Shown one piece after another: positions 36,414-47,342 of a stretch of 64,000 nucleotides of DNA; position 1 is the stretch's first letter, and each line of letters begins with the position of its first letter. The DNA is from an uncultured Candidatus Saccharibacteria bacterium. GTDB lineage: Bacteria > Patescibacteriota > Minisyncoccia > Phycocordibacterales > Zambryskibacteraceae. The stretch lies in NCBI GenBank assembly GCA_964618905.1, contig CAZUDK010000003.1, forward strand, positions 9,783 through 73,782, given 5' to 3'. The translations under genes and the position numbers were made by a program. A model generated the notes under the pieces. The model saw only the letters and a list, made by a program, of their open reading frames with translations. It ran no database searches and was not told where the DNA came from.

Positions 36414-36914
36414 CTATTGTGCATAATGAAAATCGACAAAATCTTCGATTTTTACGTTGTTTTTTAGGACAAATCCGGCTGGAATTTCCAGAACATATTT
36501 TGCTGGAGAGGCTGGGCGGAAAATATCTGGAAAAGTATCCGGCGAAACGTTGTTTTCTGTTGAAATGATCTGCTTATTTTCGTCAATAAATACAATATCT
36601 ATGGGAAAGTTCATATCTTTCATCCAGATGCCGTATACCCCCGGCTGATCGAAGATAAACAGCATCCCTCTATCTTCCGGCAAACTTTCTCTTCCGGACA
36701 ATCCAAGGACTCTAAGCTCATCGGTGTCTGCAATCTCGGCAGTGATGATTTTTGAGCTAATTTTGACCATTGTTTCTCTGGCGGTCGACTGGGATCTACT
36801 TGATGCTGGCCTGCCTAGACTCGCATATTTAGGCGAGGCTGGCTCTTTTAGAAAAAAGTACAGAGAGGAGGACAGCAATACGATTCCTAAGATGAAGAAA
36901 AGAGTATTTTTCAT
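36414..36914 (-). CDS. DUF192 family secreted/membrane-anchored protein
   Basis: TDELRVLGLSGRESLPEDRGMLFIF...WMKDMNFPIDIVFID. Confidence 0.55.
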   Translation of the reverse strand: MKNTLFFILGIVLLSSSLYFFLKEPASPKYASLGRPASSRSQSTARETMVKISSKIITAEIADTDELRVLGLSGRESLPEDRGMLFIFDQPGVYGIWMKDMNFPIDIVFIDENKQIISTENNVSPDTFPDIFRPASPAKYVLEIPAGFVLKNNVKIEDFVDFHYAQ

Positions 36915-36979
36915 GTTCTTATAATAGCAAAAGCCCCGCGGAAGCGGGACTTTTGCAGCAATCATGGCTTACAGCCTGA

Positions 36980-37261
36980 CTACATAGGTCTGCGGTCTCG
37001 AGGAGCGCGAGGCTCAAGAGGGCGAGCAACATTGACGGTAAGGGTTCTTCCTTCGAAGTCCTGGCCGTTCCACATGTCGATAGCCTTCTGAGCGTCTTCC
37101 TCATTCGTCATTTCGACGAATCCGAAGCCTTTGCTTCTGCCGGTCATGCGATCAATGATAATTGATGCAGATGCGACCTCGCCTGCCTTGGAGAAAGCCT
37201 CCTTCAGCGAGTCTTCAGTCGATGTATAAGGAATACCTCCGACATAGAGCTTTGTTGACAT
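36980..37261 (-). CDS. RRM-type RNA-binding protein
   Basis: RNP2 (KLYVGGI) and RNP1 (KGFGFVEM). Higher GC than the flanks. About 160-nt 5' UTR. Confidence 0.8.
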   Translation of the reverse strand: MSTKLYVGGIPYTSTEDSLKEAFSKAGEVASASIIIDRMTGRSKGFGFVEMTNEEDAQKAIDMWNGQDFEGRTLTVNVARPLEPRAPRDRRPM

Positions 37262-37422
37262 ACTTTAACTTAATTTACTGCCAGCATTCTTAATAAAGCA
37301 TGTAAGTTGCTGGCTCACTTCTCATTTCGAAACTCTCCACGAGACCTGCCCGCCGTAGCTTTGGCTGGACGGGAACTTACATTTCTTAATTATGTCACAC
37401 CTGGCCAAAAAATGCAAAAAAA

Positions 37423-37890
37423 TTAATCCACACTCTTGGCGTACATTCCCATAAGCGTGCACTCTTCCAAGGTGATGCCTTTTAAAATATCTTTGAGGTC
37501 GCTTGCTTCTGTTTCTGAAGGAAGGTCGATCTCACTTGAGAGCGCGTAAAGCCTTATAAAATACCTGTGAGTGCCGGAAGGAGGACATGGGCCAGTATAG
37601 CCAGTCTTGCCAGAACTTGTTTTACCTTCTACTGCTCCAACTGGCTCAGTGCCGGCAGGTATCATTTCTGTATTCGGGTCTATATTCCACAGAGTCCAGT
37701 GCACAAAGGTGCCGTTTGGTGCATCAGGATCTTCCATGACAAGAGCCAGGCTTTCTGCCCCATCCGGAACATTTGATATTTTGAGAGCAGGATTTATATT
37801 CTCGCCTTTGCAGGTGAATTTGAGAGGTATTAATTCTCCATCCTTGAAGTCAGGGCTTGTTAGTTGCATTGCACTAATTATAGACGGCAC
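37423..37890 (-). CDS. YbhB/YbcL (PEBP/RKIP) family protein
   Basis: DPDAP, GTFVHW, GYTGPCPP and HRYFIRLYAL. Confidence 0.75.
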   Translation of the reverse strand: MPSIISAMQLTSPDFKDGELIPLKFTCKGENINPALKISNVPDGAESLALVMEDPDAPNGTFVHWTLWNIDPNTEMIPAGTEPVGAVEGKTSSGKTGYTGPCPPSGTHRYFIRLYALSSEIDLPSETEASDLKDILKGITLEECTLMGMYAKSVD

Positions 37891-37923
37891 CTGAACTTTT
37901 TACTTACTTTTTGATCTATGTTC

Positions 37924-38406
37924 TTAGGCTATTTGTGGTTGCTTGTTAATACTATTACCTATGTATTGAGAGTTTCCGAAGGCGAGTATAGGCAGGAAGA
38001 TGAATGGCAAGACTATGAGTCCTATCGTAAAACCCGCGCTTTTTCCAAAGGCTTTGGAAAGCAGGTGTGCAATGTAAAGACTGACAATTCCGTTTACAAA
38101 AGGAATAAACATCAATATCACCCACCACGCCGGCTTGCCCACAATCTCCAGCAGTACCACAGTATTATAAATTGGAATAATAGATGCCCAGCCTGGCTTT
38201 CCTGCTTTAGAAAACAGCTTCCATCCGGAGATGATAATTATTACCATCAGAATGAAGAAGATTGCTAGAAATCCGGAGCCGAACTGAGCACTTGTAGAAC
38301 CGCAATCTACAATTTGACCATTCACCCTGCAGGTTGCCGAAGCAAGCATTGCTGGAGAAAAACTTGAGTAAGCATTAGCGAACAAGTAAGGAATAAGGTT
38401 AGTCAT
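37924..38406 (-). CDS. polytopic membrane protein (DUF5684-like)
   Basis: GKPGWASIIPIYNTVVLLEIVGKPAWW plus further TM helices. Confidence 0.4.
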   Translation of the reverse strand: MTNLIPYLFANAYSSFSPAMLASATCRVNGQIVDCGSTSAQFGSGFLAIFFILMVIIIISGWKLFSKAGKPGWASIIPIYNTVVLLEIVGKPAWWVILMFIPFVNGIVSLYIAHLLSKAFGKSAGFTIGLIVLPFIFLPILAFGNSQYIGNSINKQPQIA

Positions 38407-38550
38407 GATTTGTTAATTATCTTTAATTAGTTGCTATTATTTTTATAATAATTGGAATGTAAATGAATGTGAAGTCATGTCAAGTGGATAAAAACCATAT
38501 TTCGAGTATTCAAAATACAATAATGTTACCTTTGTATTTTCGTTTCCTAT

Positions 38551-38575
38551 CTGCGGAGGCGGAGAGAATTTCGAT
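38551..38575 (-). repeat. partial copy of the tRNA-Ser 3' end (ctgcggaggcggagaga...) 158 bp beyond the tRNA 3' end
   Basis: 17 nt identical plus about 8 more similar to 38709-38735. Confidence 0.55.
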
Positions 38576-38710
38576 CCTTACAGGATCAGTGCAGGTTTTC
38601 CATTTTCTCAAAGCAAGCTTCTCGAAAATATGGAAGAACCTCTTCGAATCTCTCACGCAAGCAAAATTGTTTGCTTGCTCGCTCCGCAGTTTTTCACTGC
38701 GTTCAATCTG

Positions 38711-38797
38711 CGGAGGCGGAGAGATTCGAACTCTCGAGACCCTTTCGAGCCTGCCACCTTTCCAAGATGGTGCACTAGACCGCTATGCGACGCCTCC
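38711..38797 (-). tRNA. tRNA-Ser (anticodon GGA), long variable arm, no encoded CCA
   Basis: Acceptor GGAGGCG/CGCCTCC, anticodon loop TTGGAAA, variable arm of about 16 nt, T-arm GAGAG TTCGAAT CTCTC. Confidence 0.75.
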
Positions 38798-38834
38798 GTT
38801 CAAAGAACACATTATCAAAATTTAAAATTCTTAG

Positions 38835-39728
38835 CTAACTGCTCCTTCCGATAAGAGCACGAATTCTCTCCTCAACCGGAGGGTGTGTCATGAAAAGTTT
38901 ATGAAGACCGGATTTCATCTTCCCTCCAAAAGGGTTGGAAATAAAAAGGTGTGCATCAGCATTGTTTGCAGTCCTCATTGGTATTGCGGCAGAACTTATC
39001 TTCCGAAGAGCGCTAGCTAGCCCTTGAGGATATCTGGTCAGAAGCGCTCCTGATGCGTCGGCCAGAAACTCTCTCTTGCGCGATATGGCTAGCTGAATAA
39101 GGCTTGCGACAAGCGGAGTGAGGACAGCCAGCACAATACCCACGATAATCAGCGCACCTCCCGCTTTGTTATCCCTGTCATTTTTGCCGAATATTTGTGA
39201 TCGCAGGAAGAAATCTGAAAGAAGGGCTACAAACCCGACCAGAACCACCACGACAGTAGAGAGGAGCATATCTCTGTTGCCTATATGTGAGAGCTCGTGA
39301 GCTATAACACCTTCAAGCTCGCTCTTGTCTAAAATCTCTAAAAGGCCAGAAGTTACCGCCACTACTGCATGTTCCTTGTCTCTGCCGGTAGCAAAAGCAT
39401 TCGGAGCTTTATCCTTGATGATATAAAGCTTAGGCATTGGCAGGCCGGCGGCAATGGAGAGATTCTCGGTAATATTCCAGAGATCGAAATATTCTTCTCT
39501 TGTAACAGGCTTAGCTTTGTGCAACTTGAGTACTAATTTATCGGAATACCAATAAGAAAAAACATTCATAAAAACAGCAAAAAATATTGCTGCGTATAGG
39601 ATGAATGAATTTTGATAGTAATAAGAAATAAACCAGCCGAGGAATATGACCACGGACAAAAAGACGCCCATCAAAAGCCAAGTTTTTAGGATATTTCTAT
39701 CCTGATTTGTATAAATATTTTGAGCCAT
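38835..39728 (-). CDS. htpX: zinc metalloprotease HtpX (M48)
   Basis: HELSHIGNRD motif and an N-terminal TM pair. Confidence 0.85.
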   Translation of the reverse strand: MAQNIYTNQDRNILKTWLLMGVFLSVVIFLGWFISYYYQNSFILYAAIFFAVFMNVFSYWYSDKLVLKLHKAKPVTREEYFDLWNITENLSIAAGLPMPKLYIIKDKAPNAFATGRDKEHAVVAVTSGLLEILDKSELEGVIAHELSHIGNRDMLLSTVVVVLVGFVALLSDFFLRSQIFGKNDRDNKAGGALIIVGIVLAVLTPLVASLIQLAISRKREFLADASGALLTRYPQGLASALRKISSAAIPMRTANNADAHLFISNPFGGKMKSGLHKLFMTHPPVEERIRALIGRSS

Positions 39729-39759
39729 TTGGCTTTTTAACTACTCGATATCTTCCCTT

Positions 39760-40335
39760 TTATTTAAAGTTTACTTTCACCGGTCCTTTTGCTTCCTCCT
39801 CTTCGAGTTCAAAGAACTTTTCCGGAGAGAAGTTGAAAAGGTTGGCTATGATATTAGACGGAAAGGATTCTATATTCGTATTTAAGTCCCGTACGTTGGT
39901 GTTGTAGAAGCGTCTTGCTGCTTGGATCTTGTTCTCAGTATCAGAGAGCTCTTTTTGCAGTTCTAGGAAGTTGGTATTGGCCTTAAGGTCCGGATAGTTT
40001 TCTGCTACTGCGAATACAGAGCGCAAAGCGCCGGTCAGAGCATTTTCAGCTCGGGCAGTATTTTCAGGATCTCCGGAGCGTTCTACCGACAGAGCATCGG
40101 CTCGAGCTTTGGTAACCTTCTCAAGCAAATCTTTTTCATGGGAAGCATAGCCTTTTACGGTTTCTACCAGATTCGGGATCAGGTCGTATCTGCGCTTGAG
40201 CTGGACATCTATGTCCGCCCAAGCTTCTCTGGTCCTGTTTATAAGCTTAACAAAGTTGTTGTAAGAGAAAGCAAACCAGCCGATAACAACTGCTAAAACT
40301 ATAAAGAATATTATAAGTGGTGACATAGCAAACAT
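39760..40335 (-). CDS. lemA: LemA family protein
   Basis: N-terminal TM, WADIDVQLKRRYDLIPNLVETVK and RRFYNTNVRD. Confidence 0.85.
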   Translation of the reverse strand: MFAMSPLIIFFIVLAVVIGWFAFSYNNFVKLINRTREAWADIDVQLKRRYDLIPNLVETVKGYASHEKDLLEKVTKARADALSVERSGDPENTARAENALTGALRSVFAVAENYPDLKANTNFLELQKELSDTENKIQAARRFYNTNVRDLNTNIESFPSNIIANLFNFSPEKFFELEEEEAKGPVKVNFK

Positions 40336-40396
40336 TATACCATAAGACGACGAAGCTCCCCACCACTTTCTAAAAGCAGCGGGGAGCTGAACGACC

Positions 40397-41044
40397 TTAT
40401 GCTAAGGCCGTTATAGGTTTACTATTCGCAAGATAAGAAGCTATCTCGCCAGCCAGGAATCTGGGAAATCTCCTGTCATAAGTGCAGGCATCGTCGAGAG
40501 ACACCCTGCCTTTGCCGACCTGAATTCCTGCTCTTGGCTTCTTACTGATAACGAAGTTGGAGATATATCCGTTGACAGACTTGCTGAAGTTGTGATCCCC
40601 GGCGATCACGAGCCGTCCGTCCCTCATAGCGATCAGAATCGATGAACGGAAGTAGGCATTCCTCGAACTGATGATCGCCGCAAAATCAAGAAGCTCTTCC
40701 GGTTTCGGATTCCACGGTATCAGGTTGGCATCTATAGGAAATGCCATGAGGTCTCGAGAGTACTGTCTCCCGGGGTAAGAGCCTCCCTTGAGACCAAACC
40801 CCAGAATCCAAAAATTCTCCCCAAAGAAGCAAACATCGACAGAGCTGTAAATCATGTACCCTGACCTTTGCCGATGCTCATCATATGGATCGTATGCAAT
40901 GCGTGCCAGCGCGCCGCCCTGACACCCGAGATACGGATGATTGGTCATACTGATGTGTAGAACCGAGTAATCTTGCCGTAACTGGCTGAAGGTTTTTTCA
41001 ACTGCTTGTTGAGCATCAATCGTTCCTAAGCGAGGAAACAACAT
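40397..41044 (-). CDS. hypothetical 215-aa protein (GC-rich), possible Cys/His hydrolase fold
   Basis: AAAGGAG SD 6 nt before the internal ATG chosen as the start. About 50% GC. Conserved-looking Cys (LGCQGGALARI) and His (AGDHNF). The function is a guess. Confidence 0.35.
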   Translation of the reverse strand: MLFPRLGTIDAQQAVEKTFSQLRQDYSVLHISMTNHPYLGCQGGALARIAYDPYDEHRQRSGYMIYSSVDVCFFGENFWILGFGLKGGSYPGRQYSRDLMAFPIDANLIPWNPKPEELLDFAAIISSRNAYFRSSILIAMRDGRLVIAGDHNFSKSVNGYISNFVISKKPRAGIQVGKGRVSLDDACTYDRRFPRFLAGEIASYLANSKPITALA

Positions 41045-41103
41045 GGCTGGCTCCTTTCGGTTTGAATAGTTAGGTACAAATATCCGGCAGATAATATAGC
41101 ACA

Positions 41104-41130
41104 AAAAACCTCCTTAAAAAGGAGGTTTTT
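41104..41130. terminator. bidirectional terminator (aaaaa cctcc ttaaaaa ggagg ttttt)
   Basis: Downstream of groEL. Confidence 0.6.
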
Positions 41131-41154
41131 GAATATTAAAGAATAATCTTTATT

Positions 41155-43190
<2,036 letters not shown>

Positions 43191-43311
43191 GCTGATTTCC
43201 AGTTTACCTTATAAATGCACGAGTATTCTATGTAAAACTAAGTATAAAATCAAATAAGAAAGTAAGTGTACAGAACTTTTTCTGTATGATAATATTCTCC
43301 CGCATAGGCCT

Positions 43312-43539
43312 ATGGCCCAGATACTTCCTTACATTCAGATTGTGCTTTCCCTACTGCTCATTGGCGGAGTGCTTCTTCAGCGCTCAGAAGCCGGACTTGG
43401 GTCTGCTTTCGGACAAGACGGCATGACTGTCGGCCAGCATACCAGACGCGGAATGGAAAAGACTATTTACCAGGGCACTATCTTAATAGCTGTCCTTTTT
43501 GCTGTTTCAGCATTCGCCAGTTTGCTCATCGGCCAGTAA
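43312..43539 (+). CDS. secG: preprotein translocase subunit SecG
   Basis: Two TM helices with a LLQRSEAGLGSAFG loop. Confidence 0.7.
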   Translation: MAQILPYIQIVLSLLLIGGVLLQRSEAGLGSAFGQDGMTVGQHTRRGMEKTIYQGTILIAVLFAVSAFASLLIGQ

Positions 43540-43545
43540 ATCAGG

Positions 43546-45303
43546 ATGAACTACTCGCAATTAAGAATGCTTCTTTTGAAGCGTTTCAATATCCCGAAGG
43601 AGAAATCATTTCGTAAAATCCTGAGGTCTTTTACGGCTGCAGAAAAGATTATCTTTTATTTCTTTGCAGGAGTTTTCATAGCTTCCGGCATTTTGTTACT
43701 TCTTCAAGTCAATCATTCATTCTTGATAGAAGTGCCAACCAAAGGAGGAGAATTAACTGAAGGCGTGCTCGGCAACCCTCGATTCATCAATCCTGTCCTA
43801 GCAATTTCAGAAGCAGATAAAAATCTGGCCGCTCTGGTATATTCCGGCCTGACAAAGACAGATAAAGACGGCAATACGGTCAATGACCTGGCAGAAAGCA
43901 TTTCTGTTTCTGATGACGGACTCTCTTATACGGTGAAAATCAAAGAAGACGCTGTATTTCACGACGGCAAGCCTGTTACTGCAGATGATGTCATATTCAC
44001 TATTCAAAAACTGACTAATCCTCTCATTAAAAGTCCGCATAGAGGTAACTGGGGCGGCGTAACAATAGAAAAAATAGATGACCGCACTTTATCTTTCCAC
44101 CTCAAAGAGCCTTACGCACCTTTTATAGACAACCTCTCAGTTGGTATCTTGCCTAAGCATATATGGAAAAATGTTACAGAAGAAGAATTCTCTTTCAGTC
44201 AATTCAATACTTTGCCTATAGGTTCCGGACCTTATGAGATAGCTAGAGTTGAGAGAAATTCAGGCGGCATACCGAATTTTTATGTTCTTAAGCCTTTTAA
44301 GAGAGATGTTTCCGGATCGGCTTTCATAGGCAAGCTCGTATTCAAGTTTTATCCAAGTGAGGAAACTCTTGCTTCAGCATACAAATCAAGAGAGATAGAG
44401 AGCATATCTGGTATTTCTCCTAAACTTGCAGAGGAACTTGCAGGAGACAACGCTACGGTAATCTCTTCGCCGCTGCCGAGAGTATTCGGAGTTTTCTTTA
44501 ACCAGAATCAAGCTAAAGTTTTTCTTGATAAGGATGTAAGGAAAGCATTAAACTTGGCTGCCCCGAAAGAAGAAATAGTAGCGGACGTCCTTAATGGACA
44601 CGGCACTCCTATAGACGGTCCTCTGCCGCCTGAACTTTATTCATGGACAGGCAAGCAAGAAGAGACTCCTTATGCAGAAAGATTCGCTCAGGCAGAAGAG
44701 ATACTAGAAGATGATGGATGGGTTCGTGATGAAGAAACAGGAGTACTTGAAAAAGATTCAGATTCAGATACAATAAGATTATCGTTTTCCATCTCTACCG
44801 GCGACTCTCCAGAACTCAAAGCCGTTGCAAAAAAGCTAATTGATGCATGGCAAAAATTGGGAGTTGAGATAGAGCTTCATGTTTTTGAAACCGGAGATCT
44901 CAACCAGAATGTCATTCGGCCAAGAAAATATGATGCTCTCCTCTTCGGTGAAGTAGTAGGAAAAGATGCCGATGTATATCCATTCTGGCATTCATCACAG
45001 AGAAATGATCCTGGTTTGAATATTGCCTTGTATGCTAATGCAACCGTGGACGATCTCTTAGAAGAAGCTAGAACAACAGGTGATAAAAAGGAGCAAGAAG
45101 AAGACCTTAAGGACTTTGCCGAAGAATTACATTCTGATGTGCCTGCAGTCTTCCTCTACAGCCCTAGCTTTATATACATAGTGCCTGACAAGATTAAAAA
45201 TATTACTCTTGGCAGACTCTCGACTCCCCAAGACAGATTCCAGAGCATAAGAGAATGGTATATAGAGACAGATAGAATCTGGCAAATATTCGCTAAAAAA
45301 TAA
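43546..45303 (+). CDS. extracellular solute-binding protein, family 5 (peptide/nickel type), membrane-anchored
   Basis: N-terminal TM. An SBP_bac_5-like core (ALVYSGLTKTDKDGN...VKIKEDAVFHDGKPVTADDV). Confidence 0.65.
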   Translation: MNYSQLRMLLLKRFNIPKEKSFRKILRSFTAAEKIIFYFFAGVFIASGILLLLQVNHSFLIEVPTKGGELTEGVLGNPRFINPVLAISEADKNLAALVYSGLTKTDKDGNTVNDLAESISVSDDGLSYTVKIKEDAVFHDGKPVTADDVIFTIQKLTNPLIKSPHRGNWGGVTIEKIDDRTLSFHLKEPYAPFIDNLSVGILPKHIWKNVTEEEFSFSQFNTLPIGSGPYEIARVERNSGGIPNFYVLKPFKRDVSGSAFIGKLVFKFYPSEETLASAYKSREIESISGISPKLAEELAGDNATVISSPLPRVFGVFFNQNQAKVFLDKDVRKALNLAAPKEEIVADVLNGHGTPIDGPLPPELYSWTGKQEETPYAERFAQAEEILEDDGWVRDEETGVLEKDSDSDTIRLSFSISTGDSPELKAVAKKLIDAWQKLGVEIELHVFETGDLNQNVIRPRKYDALLFGEVVGKDADVYPFWHSSQRNDPGLNIALYANATVDDLLEEARTTGDKKEQEEDLKDFAEELHSDVPAVFLYSPSFIYIVPDKIKNITLGRLSTPQDRFQSIREWYIETDRIWQIFAKK

Positions 45304-45327
45304 TTAGTTTAAAATCTTAAATCTTAT

Positions 45328-47190
45328 ATGAACACACAGCCACCAAGGAGCGGCTCGTCTAAAAGATCGTACCCAAGCTCTAATAGACCTAGATTTTCAA
45401 GCGGCGGAGGAAGCCGTAGATCTTTAGGGCCAAAGACCCGAAGCCAAAATATGCGCCGCCGCGCCGATCAGCGCATACCGGCTAAAAAAGTCCAAGATGT
45501 CATCCCGCCCCTTGCAGACGGAGATATCAGAGTAATTCCTTTAGGAGGAGTTGAGGAAGTCGGCCGCAACATGACTGCCATAGAATACAAGGGTGAAATT
45601 ATTGTCGTAGACTGCGGTATCCAATTTACCGATGCAGAAACTCCGGGTGTTGATTACATTCTAGCCAATACAAAATACCTCGAAGAAAGAAAGGATAAGG
45701 TTAAAGCCTTAATCATTACTCACGGCCACCTAGATCACATTGGAGGCATTCCTTACATCATGCCTCGCATAGGCAATCCTCCTATATACACAAGAGAATT
45801 CGGCGCTCTCATGATAAAGAAGCGTCAGGATGAATTCCCTCACCTGCCACCTCTTGATATAAGGGTTATGGAATCGACAGATAAGGCTTCCGTTTCTGTT
45901 ACTGCCAATATGAAAGTGAAGTTCTTTGGACTAACTCACTCTATCCCAGATTCTACAGGCATCATCATAGAAACGCCTTTGGGAGATATCGTAAACACCG
46001 GCGACGTTAGAGTTGAAAATGAAAACGGAGTACCAGTACCAAAAGAAGTTGAGCAGTACAAGATGTTCAAAGATAGAAATGTAGTCCTCTTTACAATGGA
46101 CTCAACAGGTATCGAAAAGCCCGGCTTCTCCCCTTCCGAAGTCTCTATTCTGAAAAACATCGACAAGATCGTGTCTGAAGTACCCGGCAGAGTTATTATT
46201 GCTACTTTTGCTTCTCAAGTTGAACGTATTATCGAATTCTTTGAGATTGCCCGCAGATACGGCAAGAAAGTGGTTGTAGAGGGCCGTTCGATGAAAAGCA
46301 ATGTCGATATAGTAAAGCACCTCAATCTTGTAAATACCGACAATATGATCCCAATAGAGGATATACCCAAGTACCCTCCAAACAAGATCATGATGATAGT
46401 TACCGGTGCTCAAGGAGAGGAATTCGCTGCCCTAATGCGCATGGCAAATTCTGCTCACAAGTTCATTAAGCTGACTAGGATTGACACTATTATTCTTTCT
46501 TCCTCTATAATTCCAGGCAATGATAAGGCTGTCGCTAAACTCAAAGACAACCTGTACCACCATGATGCCAAGATCATCACTTACTTGGACAATGATGTGC
46601 ACACTTCAGGACATGGTAAACGAGGAGAACTGGAATGGGTCCACAAGCAAATGCCTTATAAATTCTTCATGCCTGTGCACGGACACCACTACATGCTCAA
46701 ACAACATGCGGAACTGGCACGTTCTCTAGGTGCTAAGCCTGAGAATGTCATAGTGCCAGAGAATGGATCAATTATTGAGATCCGCAATGGAGGCAACGAA
46801 TTTGTAAAGCTTCCAGTCAAAGCTCCGTCTGATGATGTGGTGGTAGAAGGTTTTTCTGTCGGTGATGTCTCAGAAGTGCTTATAAGGGATAGGAAGATGC
46901 TTGCTGAAGACGGAATGTTCGTGATCATTGCCATGATCAATCCTAAGACAGGCAAGCTTAAGAAATCCCCAGACATCATCTCAAGAGGGTTTGTGTATCT
47001 TCGCGAATCTCAAGATATGCTGTCTGAAGCAAGGCAGGTCATTCGCCGCTCCATAGAGTCATCCACCTTTGGTATGAATCCGATTAATTTCGACTTCGTA
47101 AAATCGACAGTGAATGAAGATGTCTCAAGATTCCTCTTCCAGAAAACAGCTAAAAAGCCAATAGTGATACCTGTTATTCTCAGCATCTAA
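45328..47190 (+). CDS. rnj: ribonuclease J (beta-CASP metallo-beta-lactamase) with an Arg/Ser-rich N-terminal extension
   Basis: ITHGHLDHIGG, the beta-CASP motif HTSGHGKRGEL and a C-terminal domain. Confidence 0.85.
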   Translation: MNTQPPRSGSSKRSYPSSNRPRFSSGGGSRRSLGPKTRSQNMRRRADQRIPAKKVQDVIPPLADGDIRVIPLGGVEEVGRNMTAIEYKGEIIVVDCGIQFTDAETPGVDYILANTKYLEERKDKVKALIITHGHLDHIGGIPYIMPRIGNPPIYTREFGALMIKKRQDEFPHLPPLDIRVMESTDKASVSVTANMKVKFFGLTHSIPDSTGIIIETPLGDIVNTGDVRVENENGVPVPKEVEQYKMFKDRNVVLFTMDSTGIEKPGFSPSEVSILKNIDKIVSEVPGRVIIATFASQVERIIEFFEIARRYGKKVVVEGRSMKSNVDIVKHLNLVNTDNMIPIEDIPKYPPNKIMMIVTGAQGEEFAALMRMANSAHKFIKLTRIDTIILSSSIIPGNDKAVAKLKDNLYHHDAKIITYLDNDVHTSGHGKRGELEWVHKQMPYKFFMPVHGHHYMLKQHAELARSLGAKPENVIVPENGSIIEIRNGGNEFVKLPVKAPSDDVVVEGFSVGDVSEVLIRDRKMLAEDGMFVIIAMINPKTGKLKKSPDIISRGFVYLRESQDMLSEARQVIRRSIESSTFGMNPINFDFVKSTVNEDVSRFLFQKTAKKPIVIPVILSI

Positions 47191-47264
47191 GCAGAATTGA
47201 TAGTTATCCACAGGTAGGTCATTTTCTTCTTGTAAAAATAATCTCCTCTGGTTACAATCAGGTA

Positions 47265-47305
47265 GTAAAGCGCTCTCCGCAAGGCGAGCGCTTTACATTT
47301 GTCCT
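47265..47305 (+). terminator. hairpin terminator (gtaaagcgctc ... gagcgctttac) after rnj
   Basis: 11-bp stem followed by a T-rich tract. Confidence 0.5.
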
Positions 47306-47342
47306 CTTCGCAACAATGCTCTTCTTTAATATACTTAATTAA

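Noticed and set aside
38463-38854. Plus-strand ORFs of 120 and 74 aa
   Set aside because: They overlap tRNA-Ser and its partial duplicate. Their translations are low-complexity and lack start signals.
43191-43311. CIRCE/HrcA operator upstream of groES
   Set aside because: No TTAGCACTC-N9-GAGTGCTAA-like inverted repeat is present. Only an ordinary TTGATT-N17-TAGAAT promoter is visible.
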